From Anaeramoeba ignava BMAN (lineage: Eukaryota; Protista; Anaeramoebae): a stretch of 64,000 nt of DNA. The notes below the pieces were generated by a model. That model did no database searches, had not been told where the DNA came from, and saw only the letters and a list, made by a program, of their open reading frames with translations. Shown here piece after piece: positions 45,948 to 57,561 of this stretch; the stretch's first letter is position 1, and each line of letters opens with the position of its first letter. The stretch spans positions 372,001-436,000 of the forward strand of contig JAPDFW010000125.1 in assembly GCA_028826165.1 (NCBI GenBank), in the 5' to 3' direction. The position numbers and the translations under genes are program-made.

Positions 45948-48900
45948 ATGAATCCACAAGAATTTCAACAATTTGAACAATTACTTCATACTCTAACAAT
46001 CCCAAATAACAAAGAAAGACAAGAAGCAGAAGATTATTATCATTCTCTTTTCCAAAAAAATGCTGATCTTTGTGGACTCTATCTTGTTTCAATGCTACAA
46101 TCCTCAAGCATTAAAGTAGCCTTTATAAACCTTCTTTTATTCATAATAACTAAACAATTTACTTACTTAATTTTATCAGGTCAAAATGCTATCAATGATT
46201 TTATTAAGGCAATCAATTGTGTCAAAAACACAAAACGCTTGGAAAATATTTTCATTAGAAACAAAACAAAAAATCAAATCAAAACTTCTTGAAGAGGTTC
46301 AAACGCAGCCGCAAGTTGTTAAGAAGAAAGTCGCAAATTGTATTGCGGCTATCGGCAAAATTGAGCTTGGAAAAGGTATTGAAAAATCAAATTCAAACCA
46401 CCTTTTAAATAACCAAGAAACGGTGTTTGAATTTCGCAGGAAAATGGAATGAATTATTGCAATTAACAACCCAATTGATTGAGTCTTCAGACCCTGAAAA
46501 TGTTGAGAATGGATTGTATTTAATTCAGCAATTGTCTTTGACTTCAGGAAAAATTCTTGCGAAAGAAAAGGAGAGTTTGTATGAAATATTCAGTAAATTG
46601 ATTGACAAGTCTTACAAGATCTCGATTCGTTATTCTACTTTAAAAGCTGTTGCTTCTTATGTTTTAATTTTATCAAATGAAGATAATATTCCTTTTAGAA
46701 AACTAATTCCTGAAATGATTGAAGTTATTAATGAATTTTTGAAAAATGGTGATGATGATCTTGTTTCTGATTGTCTTCAAGAATTGATAGAAACTGCTGA
46801 ATTAGCTTCAAAGTTTTTTAGGGAGCATACAGAAATGGTTATTTCTTTATCAGGATTTATTATACATGAAACAGAAGTTGAAACAGATATCCTTTAATCA
46901 ATAAAAATTATAAAATATATAAAATTATAAAATTATAAAAAATATATATATAAAATATATATAAAATATATAAAATATATATAAAATATATATAAAATAT
47001 ATAAAATATATAAAATATATATAAAATATATATAAAATATATATAAAATATATATAAAATATATATAAAATATATATAAAATATATAAAAAAAATATAAA
47101 AAAATATAAAAAAAATATATAAAAAATATATATAAAATATATATAAAATATATATAAAATATATATAAAATATAATAAAATATATATAAAATATATATAA
47201 AATATATATAAAATATATATAAAATATATATAAAATATATATAAAATATATATAAAATATATAAAATATATATAAAAAAATATAAAAAATATATAAAATA
47301 TTTAAAATATATAAAATACATATTTCTATTATAATCGTTTCCCCTTGATATATAAACACGAATTAAAAATATTGCAATGGAATTAATTACTATTATAGCT
47401 GAAAAATTAACAGGTGTAATAAAGAAATCACAAAATTTCTTTGAAACAGCAATTACAAGTGCATTATATCTTATTATTCAAGAAGCAGATGAAGAACTGG
47501 ATGAATTATTTGTAAATAATAAAAAATATTTTTAAATATCTTATATAAATATTTTTAAATATCTTATATAAATATTTTATATATAAAATATAAAAAGCTC
47601 TCAGATAAATCTTTGGAAACTCATGTCTCATACGGTGAAAATACTCTCGATAGACTCTCTCTTATTCTGGGAGGAAAAAACATTCTCCCAACTTTACTCA
47701 AACATCTCGAAAACTTTCTCAACGATCAAACAAACTGGAAAAAACGATACTCAGGATTACTTTCGATATGCTCAATAGGAGAAGGAGCAAAAGAAACAAT
47801 TGAAGAAAGATTAGAAGAATTTGTTCAGACAATAATTCCGTTTTTTCAAGACGAGCAACCGCAAGTAAGATATGCAGCAGTGAAGACAATCGGACAGATG
47901 TGCAGCGATTTCAATCCACAACTCCAATTGATTTTCCACGAACCAATTATAACGGCAATTTCGGGAATGCTTGACGAAGTGGAATATCCGTTTTTACAAG
48001 CACATGCTTGCGCAGCTCTTGTTAATTTTTGCTCAGAAACACCATCAGAAATTGTGGAACCTTATGTGGACACTTTGCTAAAGAAACTTGCAGATATTCT
48101 TCTTAATTCAAAAACAATGGCAAAAGAACAAAGTATGACAGCTATAGCGGCACTTGCATCATCCACAAAAACAGCGTTCACAAAATACTATGACGAGCTT
48201 ATTCCGTATCTTCTGAACATGATGACAACCCTGACGGAAAACCAATACAACCATTTGAAAGGCCGAGCTTTGGAATGCATTACTCTTATTGGATGTGCTG
48301 TTGAGCCAGAGAAGTTCGAAAACGACGCTGCTCAAATAATTGAGTTGATGCTTGAGTTGAACAGTCAGAAGCTTGAGGCTGGAGACCGGCTGAGATATTA
48401 TCTATTACTGGCATGGGGCCGTGTTTGCGGGGCAATGGGTGCAAAATTTGTGCCGTATCTTGATAAAGCGCTGCCGATATTGTATTCCTCCGCAGACAAG
48501 GAAATTGCGATTGAATCGCTTTATGACGGGGAAATAGAGGAAACAATGGGAGGAATGAATGATGGAAAAGCGCTGAAGGATTACACATCATTCATGCTCG
48601 ACGGAAAAACGGTTGGGATGAGAACTTCGGATATCCAGGAAAAAGCAACATCTGTTGAAATTTTAATGATTTTTGCAAGCGAACTGTCACACAACTTGAT
48701 CCCATATGTACAGCAAATAGCAGACATCGTGATCCCCCTTGTGCTTTATTATATCGACGAGGATGTGCGGACATACGCGGCAATGTGCGTGGGAGAACTT
48801 GTCAAATGCTATGCCTCCGCGTTTGAAAACGGAATGGATAAAGAATACCAAATTTCGCGAGAAATTTTTACAAATTTTTTCCAGGTTGTTCTAGAAAACC

Positions 48901-49937
48901 TATCGCAAGCGGCGGTTCAAGAACCAACAACAGACGTTCTATTTGTGCAAGTCCAAAGCATCAAAGAGGGTCTTGAGTCCGCTAAAAATTATGTAGATAG
49001 CTCATCAATCGAGGCATTTTTGGAGGTCTTTCCCCAGATAATCGAGGCTTCCGAAGAGCGGAAACAGATGCTTTTTGTTGACGAACAAGACGATGATTTC
49101 TGCGAGGAAACATCCGAATTTCTAGAGGAGCAAAAAGACGATGAGGATGACCTTATTCTTGTCTTGACAAGATGCATCACCCCGCTTGTCAAATATCACC
49201 GCGCAAAGTTTCTTCCGTTCTTCAAGAAGCATCTTCTCCCCGTCTTCGAGCAATATATCAATCCTGAGTTCTCCGACTATCACAAGCAGGTTTCCTTGTG
49301 TGTTTTCGATGAGATTGTCGAGTTTGGTGGATCTTCAATATTCACGTTTTATTGGAAAAAATTCGGACAATATTGCATGCAATACGCCCTGTCTGAACAT
49401 GCAGGTTTGCGGCAATCGGCCGTCTATGGACTTGGTGTATGCGCTCAAATGGGCGGCGCTTCTTTTGCTCCTTTTGCTCAAAAAGCTCTTGATATCCTTC
49501 ATTCTGCTGTTGAAAATCAAGACGCTAAAATTGATGATATGGAATTTGCTACTGAAAATGCTATTTCTGCTATTGCTAAAATTTGCAAATTCCAATCCAC
49601 AAACGTTGATCTTAACCGTTCCCTTCCTCTTTGGCTTTCCTATCTCCCAGTTCTTATTGATAAAGAAGAATCTATTGTTACTTATTCTTTGTTGTGCTCC
49701 TTTATTGAGGAAAATAACCCCTTTCTTTTGGGTAATCAAAACCAAAATATCCCCCAAATTTTGAGAATTTTTTGTTCTGTTATTGAAACTGATTTGATCA
49801 ACAAGGAAATTTCGCAACGAATCGCAAATATTCTCTCCCAAATCAAATCGCAATTCTCTCAACAACAACTCGAAGAAATTCTCAATTCTGTTGGTCCAAA
49901 AGATTTTTACCAAATTCTTCTTCCTTTTTTTAAATAG
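45948..49937 (+). CDS. IPO5: Importin-5 / karyopherin beta-3 (Pse1/Kap121-like), 5 exons
   Basis: Exons 45948-46115, 46180-46375, 46440-46886, 47360-47511, 47598-49937. HEAT motifs LDRLS..LGGK, VRYAA...IGQM.SDF, AHACAALVNF, LKGRALECITLIG.AV, RQSAVYGLG, ATENAISAIAKI. Confidence 0.9.
46887..47359 (+). other. U12-type (minor) AT-AC spliceosomal intron
   Basis: 5' splice site ATATCCTTT; branch site TTCCCCTTGAT with the A about 11 nt from the end; 3' splice site CAC. Removal restores the frame (ETEVET-G-IKNIAMELI). Confidence 0.9.
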
Positions 49938-50123
49938 ATAAAATCAATAAAATTAAAATCAATAAAATAAAATTAAAATTAAAAAGATTTTTTTTTTGGA
50001 AAATCTAAAATTCAAAATTTCATTTTTTCCTTTTTTTTCCTTTTTTATTTTTTTATTTTTTTATTTTTTAAAAAAAACTTACAATTATTTAATTATTATA
50101 AAAAAAAATATTATAAATACAAA

Positions 50124-53100
50124 ATGAGTTTAAAAATTGATAATTTCCAAAAATTCATTGAAAAATGTGAAAAAAACCAACGCAACTTAATTTCATACAA
50201 TCTAAAAAATCGGATCAAATCAAACGAACAATTTAATTTACTAATTGGAGCATTAAAGAAAAATCACACACTCAGAGAAATAGGGCTATCATCGAATGCA
50301 TTTGACGACAGCCAAATAACAAATTTCTCACAAGTTTTATTTGTGAACAAATCACTGCAAAGATTGCATTTAGATAACAATCAAATTGGGGACAAAGGGA
50401 TGGAGGCGCTAGCAAAAAGCCTGAAAATGAACCATTCGATCACGCATTTGAATCTGCGTTTGAATAGGATAACGGAAAAGGGCGCAAAGCATTTGGCAGA
50501 TGTGCTCCTCGGCAACAAAACACTCACTCACATCTCTTTGCGTTATAACTCAATTGGAGACAAAGGAGTTAACTACCTGTCAAAATCACTGGGAAAGGAA
50601 AGCGGCGTTAAAGTCCTCTTTCTTAGCTTCACCAAAATAACTTCAAAGGGAGCAAAAAATATTTCTCAGGCTCTCAAATCAAATCATTCCCTTGAAACGC
50701 TGTCGTTGCAATCCAACAAAATTGGCGACAACGGAATGAAAAAACTTGCTGACGTTTTAATCAAAAACGAAACTTTGTTTTCTTTAAATATTTCAAATAA
50801 CGGAATCACAAATAAGGGCGCAAATTTCTTGGCAAATTTGATTGCGCAAAATAAATCAATTACAGACCTCAAAGTCGGACAGAATCTATTCGACTCGAGA
50901 GGCGTACAAGTTATATTTCAAGCTTTACAAAAAAACAAAACAATACAGAATATCAACTGCCTCCGTGTCGATATCAACAGCACAGCAATGAACTCCCTTG
51001 TCTCCTGCTTGGAAACAAACACTACACTTTCCACTCTTGTGATTTCTGGCTGCGCCTTCACAATTTCGGATATCGAGATTTTTTCCCACGTTTTGGAAAA
51101 AAACTCAACTTTGAAAACATTGAAAATTTCGCATAACAAAATAACTTGTTCTGGCGCGGCTCATCTCATCAAGGCAATGATAACCAACAAGGGAATCACC
51201 GAGCTTGATCTGTCCCACAACCTCATCGCAATAGACGGATCCCAGCAGTTTGCGGATCTATTGACACAAAATAAATCATTGCTCAACCTCAATTTGGAGG
51301 CAAATCAAATCGGTCCTGCTGGTGTTTTGTTTATTTCAGAGGGACTCAAAAAGAACTACTGGCTCACACAGCTAAATTTGAACTCAAATAAACTTTTGGA
51401 TGCAGGCATTGAAATTCTTAGTGAAGCTATTTCTGTTAATAATTCCCTTGAAATTCTTAAAATATCAAATAATTTGATCACCGAAAAAGGTGGTTTGCAT
51501 TTATCTCATGCTCTTGAAAATAATACTTGTCTTACTGAACTTAGTATTTATAATAATTCTCTTGATTCAAATGGATTGATTTTAGTTTTTGATGCTTTGA
51601 AAAAGAATAAAACTTTAAGGATTTTGAAAATTACTAGAAATCGAGCTAAATCATCAGATGAAAAAATTTTATCAAATTTACTAGCTTTGAATTCAACACT
51701 TACATTTTTGAAAACAGATCCAGAGTTACATTCTCGATATGTGAAAGCGAAATTAAAACGGAATAAAGTTTGTTTATTAATTTAATATTAATTTAATATT
51801 TATTTATTTAATATTTATTTAATATTTATTTAATATTTATTTAATATTTATTATTTATTTAATATTTATTTAATATTTATTTAATATTTATTTAATATTT
51901 ATTTAATATTTATTTAATATTTATTTAATATTGATTTAATATTTATTTAATATTTATTTAATATTTATTTAATAATAATTTAATTAATTATTTAATAATA
52001 ATTTAATTAATATTTAATATTGATTTAATATTTATTTAATATTTATTTAATATTTATTTAATAATTTAATATTGATTTAATATTTATTTAATATTTATTT
52101 AATAATTATTTAATATTTATTTAATAATTTAATATTTATTTAATATTTATTTAATATTTATTTAATATTGATTTAATATTGATTTAATATTTATTTAATT
52201 ATTTAATATTTATTTAATATTTATTTAATATTTATTTAATATTTATTTAATATTGATTTAATATTTAATATTTATTTAATATTTATTATTTATTGATTTA
52301 ATATTTATTTAATAATTTAATATTGATTTAATATTTATTAATTTAATATTTATTATTTAATATTTATTTAATATTGATTTAATATTTATTTAATATTTTT
52401 ATAATACTTATTTAATATTTATTTAATATTTAATATTGATTTAATATTTATTTAATATTTATTTAATATTTATTTAATATTTATTTAATATTTATTTAAT
52501 ATTTATTTAATATTGATTTAATATTTATTTATAATATTGATTTAATATTTATTTAATAATAATTTAATATTTATTTAATATTGATTTAATATTTATTTAA
52601 TATTGATTTAATATTTATTTAATATTTATTTATAATATTGATTTAATATTGATTTAATATTTATTTAATATTTATTTAATAATTTAATATTTATTTAATA
52701 ATTTAATATTTATTTAATAATTTAATATTTATTTAATATTAATTTAATATTTATTTAATATTTATTTAATATTGATTTAATATTTATTTAATATTTATTT
52801 AATATTTAATATTTATTTAATAATTATTTAATATTGATTTAATATTGATTTAATATTTATTTAATATTAATTTAATATTTATTTAATATTTATTTAGTAT
52901 TTATTTAATATTTATTTATAATATTTAATATTGATTTAATAATATAATATTTATTTAATATTTATTTAATATTTAATATTTATTTATAATATTTAATATT
53001 GATTTAATAATATAATATTTATTTAATATTTATTTAATATTTAATATTTATTTAGTATTTATTTAATATTAATTTAATATTTATTTAATATTGATTTAAT

Positions 53101-54159
53101 ATTGATTTAATATTTATTTAATATTTATTTAATATTTATTTAATATTTATTTAATATTTATTATTTATTTAATATTTATTTAATATTGATTTAATATTGA
53201 TTTAATATTTATTTAATATTGATTTAATATTGATTTAATATTGATTTAATATTTATTTAATATTTATTTAATATTGATTTAATATTGATTTAATATTTAT
53301 TTAATATTGATTTAATATTTATTTAATATTTATTTAATATTTATTTAATATTTATTATTTAATATTGATTTAATATTGATTTAATATTTATTCAATATTT
53401 ATTTAATATTTATTTATAATATTTATTTAATATTTAATATTTATTATTTATTTAATATTGATTTAATATTGATTTAATATTTAGCACTTCCAAGGCTCGT
53501 TCGTTCAAGATTTCCTCGCTTTATTCGAAAGAAAAGAAGAATCTGATATAGAATTCAAATTCCCAGATGAAACTATCAAAGCTCATACAATTATTCTTCG
53601 TTCTAGAATAGGCTACGAATACAAAAGATTACCACTCATTTTATTAAAACAAACAAAACAAGCAAGAAATAATTTTTTCGTTTGGGTTTATACTGGATAT
53701 TTAATAGATGAAACACATTCAGGAAAAAAAGACTTACATCAAATACTATCACAATTAGGAATCAAAAACCAATTCAAATATAAACAACAAAAATCAGGAC
53801 TAATAAGGGATTTCCAAGCTTTATATGAAGATGAAGAATCTAAAGACTTCACAATCATTGTTGAAAATAAGGAAATCAAAACTCATAGAATTATTTTATT
53901 TGCTAGAAGTGAATTGTATAGAGGAATGTTCTTGAATGTAAATGATGATTCAAATAGAGTTAATGATTATAGTGGAAAATGTTATGAAACTGTTAAAACT
54001 TTGGTCAAGTTTTTATATGTTAATGAACTTGATCCTGATTTACCTGAAAATATTATTCAAGAATTAGTTGATGCTCAAGATTATTATCAACTAAATATTA
54101 AATCAACTCTTCCATTTAAATTAAGGAATTTAGAAAAATTGAATTTAAAAGATTTATGA
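50124..54159 (+). CDS. LRR (ribonuclease-inhibitor/NLRC3-like 28-aa repeats) + tandem BTB protein, 2 exons
   Basis: Exon 50124-51767, intron GTTTGT..TTAG 51768-53484 (phase 0), exon 53485-54159 (HFQGSFVQDFLALFERKEESDIEF...AHTIIL; KDFTIIVENKEIKTHRIILFARSELYRGMF). Confidence 0.85.
51780..53482. repeat. 11-bp tandem repeat (TTAATATTTAT / TTAATATTGAT) filling the LRR-BTB intron
   Basis: Seen directly. Confidence 0.9.
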
Positions 54160-54614
54160 AAGGAAAATGTTTCATCAATTTTTCTTTTTTTCTTTTTTTT
54201 CTTTTTCTTTTTTGGAATAAAAATAAAAATATTTTTTTTTTTTTTTTGAATTTTTTGAATTTTCATTTTTTTTATTGGAACATTTAGGTTATGTTATTGA
54301 TAAATAATAAAAATATTTTTTTTTTTTTTAAATAAAAAAAAAATTTTTATCTCATTTCAATAAACAAAATCATTGTTTCCATAAATTAAAACTCCAAATT
54401 ATAAAGAATATAAAAAAAAAAACACATAAAATCCAATAAAAAACCCATTTTATATTTTTCATTCCATTTGGAGAAATTAAATTAAATTAATTAAATAAAT
54501 TATTTTTTTTAATTCAAATCAATTATAAAAAAAAAATAAAATTTTTTTTCATTTTTTTTTTTCATTTTTTTTTTCTTAAATTATAAAAATATTGGAAATT
54601 AAAATTAACGTTTA

Positions 54615-57377
54615 ATGTCTGACATTCTTTCCTTAACTCATGAAGGAGAAGAAGGAGTATTTGGAGAATCACTACTTGCGAGACAAATACAATTAAAATT
54701 AACAAAGACAGGACTTGGACCACCTGATCTTTGTCATGTCACAAAAACCGAGTCATACAACCGCAAAAAGAAAACCAAAGCAAATCAAAAAGCGCATAAA
54801 GTGGTTGGATTTTATCACTACGTTATTGGAGTCGACACCTCAAATATTTCATCTATTGCTAAATATCTTAATTTGTTGTTGAGATCCCAAGAAAATGCAG
54901 GTTTTCTCAAGAAAAAATGGTCCGTTGTTTCTTGTTCTTATTATTCTTTTAACGCCTTTTCTAAACTCGATCTTCATATCCATTTTACTCTCCCAAATAA
55001 GCTCCAATTCTTCTTTATTGATAGAAATGGTTCCTGCATTGATGCAGAACCTCATATTACAAATATTGTTTCTAGTTCTTCAAATACAAAACTTAATCAT
55101 TTGGAAAATTCTGAAAAAAATAATTCTCATTCTCAAAGAAGAGATTCAAGAAATAAAAAATTTGAAAGGAATCAAATGAAAAGTTTTAGTGGAAATGAAA
55201 TGAATAATTTAAATGGAAATTCGAATGGAAATGAAAATTCAAATGAAAATCAAAATGAAAATTTAAATTCAAATCAAAATGAAAATCAAAATTTAAATTC
55301 AAATCAAAATGAAAATATTAAAAATAATAATAATATTAATAATATTATCATCATTGATAATATTAATCCAAATCAGCAAAAAAAAGAAGCAACAATTTGG
55401 GATGAAACTTTCATCTCTTCATTTTTTCGCAAAGTTATAGCCCAATATATAAACGCATACACAAAAATCCCAATAATACATATTGTAGAAAATCAGATCG
55501 ATAATGACAATGAAAACCAGTTATTTAATTTACTAGCAGCGGTATTCTGGAAAGGGAAAAAACTGGGATGTTCGCAATCACGAATCATCCCGTCAAATGC
55601 ATATAATTTCTACATCAAATTGACTCAAAAATATCTTTTTGGACAATATCGATTCACATTTGCAATCAAATTTTTCTCGCAATTTCTGGAACAAGAACCA
55701 GAAGTCGCAATACCAATTAGCAAGGCGTATTTAAAGCTTAAGGATGTCAAAAACGCATTGCTTGTTTTGATGAACGGATACAACCGAAAAATTAGTTCGG
55801 TTCCGTTGATATCCCAGCTGATCAAAACGCTTCTTGTTTCAAACAAGATCGCAAAGGCAGTCAAACTGGCAAGACATCTAACTTCAATTGTGCCTTTTTA
55901 TCCGAAACCGTATTTGCTCCTGGCAAAAGCGTATTTGAAACAGAAAAATTTCCACAGCGTTCTTGTGAACATCAACAGCATCCCTTTCCAGACAAACAAT
56001 GCTTGCTCTCGAAACTCAATTATTTGTCTCGATGGAATGTTCCCAACACCATCAAGAATAACAATCCCAAATCTTCCCAAATTCAGGTCAAATTTCGAGC
56101 ATCTTTTCTCGCAAAGCTTCGAGGATATGGACTTCCTCAAAAGATCGGGAAAGATCCCCGAAATCAAAGAGAAAATCAAATCGAAATTCTCAGACTTGCC
56201 GAGCTTGGCGCTCAAAAATTCCCTCGAAAAGAAAATTTACAAAATTTTGATCGACTTCTCAAATGAATACGGCTGGGAGCGAATGATGGAATCCCGTGTC
56301 GAGGTTTTCCAGAAAAACATCCGCAGCTTGGTCGGCAACAAAAAGAAAAAAAGGGTTCCTTTTGGTGAAGGAATAGAATACGACTTTGGAAACTTGGCAG
56401 AAATTACGCCAAACGAAAAGAATGAACTTGTTGAAGTTATTGAAGAAAACGAGAGGAAATTGCTTCAAAAAGCAAAAAACACAAAAAATACAGATCTGCA
56501 ATATCTCAAAACGCACCAAATTCTCGAGAAAAAATTTGCAGATAAAAAAAATAAATTGAGCCAAAAATCAAATTTAAACAACCAGAAAAACGAGCTCAAA
56601 CAAAATCAAAACATGGATGAAATACTATCCACTTTAACATCTCCAGAAATTTCTTTTTCCAAGAATTTCTGGAAGGAAAATGCAATTGAAGCAAATTTTG
56701 CTGATGACTCAAGTGAATATCTTTGGGAAAACACAAAAAAAGTGGATCAAGAAAAGGCATCTCAAAGAATATCGAAATTAAGAAGCGCTCCAGAAACCCA
56801 AATAAAGCCTTATTATGTTAGAATTGAATACCAAAAATGGTTGGACACTTTGATTCAATATTTATATCTTGATTTGAAGTGTTTCAACACCTATCTTAAA
56901 AATGAAGAAAAGGCAAAAAAAGATAGTGACAATGAATCCGAAATCGAAAAATATTCTTATATGGATTACGATTTGATAGGCGATTTGGCAAGCAAACTAA
57001 GAAGCTTTCGTATTGCAAAAAATTGCTATATTTTAGCAATCCAATTCTCAGGAAATCGGATCAAAAAAGTTAATCGCAAAATTTGCTTGAAATTGCTGGA
57101 AATGAATATCAAAAGAGGCACTTTAAATGAGGTTTTGGTCACTTCTAATCGCCTACTTTATTATCTTGACAAGAAAATAATTCCTTATGAAGAAGAGTTT
57201 TTGTTTAAAAATACAATTTCAAAATGTATATTTAAACTTATTTTTAGAAATGGTTTGATTTCTTTGAATAGTTTCATTTCAAAAAGATTTAATGAAAAAG
57301 ATAACAAAATTCATCCAAAATTAAAGGAATTGATTGAAAAAGCTAAAAAGTTACAAATTGATGGAATTGAAAGATAA
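54615..57377 (+). CDS. ChAPs family (Chs5-Arf1-binding, exomer cargo adaptor) protein A
   Basis: GLGPPDLCHV.K, G.YHYVIGVDTS...IA.YL, SFNAFSKLDL, WDETFISS, TPR-like core with INSIP, W..TL...LY.DL. Confidence 0.8.
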   Translation: MSDILSLTHEGEEGVFGESLLARQIQLKLTKTGLGPPDLCHVTKTESYNRKKKTKANQKAHKVVGFYHYVIGVDTSNISSIAKYLNLLLRSQENAGFLKKKWSVVSCSYYSFNAFSKLDLHIHFTLPNKLQFFFIDRNGSCIDAEPHITNIVSSSSNTKLNHLENSEKNNSHSQRRDSRNKKFERNQMKSFSGNEMNNLNGNSNGNENSNENQNENLNSNQNENQNLNSNQNENIKNNNNINNIIIIDNINPNQQKKEATIWDETFISSFFRKVIAQYINAYTKIPIIHIVENQIDNDNENQLFNLLAAVFWKGKKLGCSQSRIIPSNAYNFYIKLTQKYLFGQYRFTFAIKFFSQFLEQEPEVAIPISKAYLKLKDVKNALLVLMNGYNRKISSVPLISQLIKTLLVSNKIAKAVKLARHLTSIVPFYPKPYLLLAKAYLKQKNFHSVLVNINSIPFQTNNACSRNSIICLDGMFPTPSRITIPNLPKFRSNFEHLFSQSFEDMDFLKRSGKIPEIKEKIKSKFSDLPSLALKNSLEKKIYKILIDFSNEYGWERMMESRVEVFQKNIRSLVGNKKKKRVPFGEGIEYDFGNLAEITPNEKNELVEVIEENERKLLQKAKNTKNTDLQYLKTHQILEKKFADKKNKLSQKSNLNNQKNELKQNQNMDEILSTLTSPEISFSKNFWKENAIEANFADDSSEYLWENTKKVDQEKASQRISKLRSAPETQIKPYYVRIEYQKWLDTLIQYLYLDLKCFNTYLKNEEKAKKDSDNESEIEKYSYMDYDLIGDLASKLRSFRIAKNCYILAIQFSGNRIKKVNRKICLKLLEMNIKRGTLNEVLVTSNRLLYYLDKKIIPYEEEFLFKNTISKCIFKLIFRNGLISLNSFISKRFNEKDNKIHPKLKELIEKAKKLQIDGIER

Positions 57378-57561
57378 AAAGGGAAAACTTTGTTCATTCA
57401 TTAACCCATTCATGAATTGATTTTAATTTTTAATTTTTAATTTTTAATTTTTAATTTTTAATGGAAATCATTAATAAATTTTAGCAAAAAGAAAAAGAGT
57501 GAAAAATTTTTTTTTATCATTTTTTTTTTTCATTTTCTCTTCTTAAATTTATGTTAAAAAG

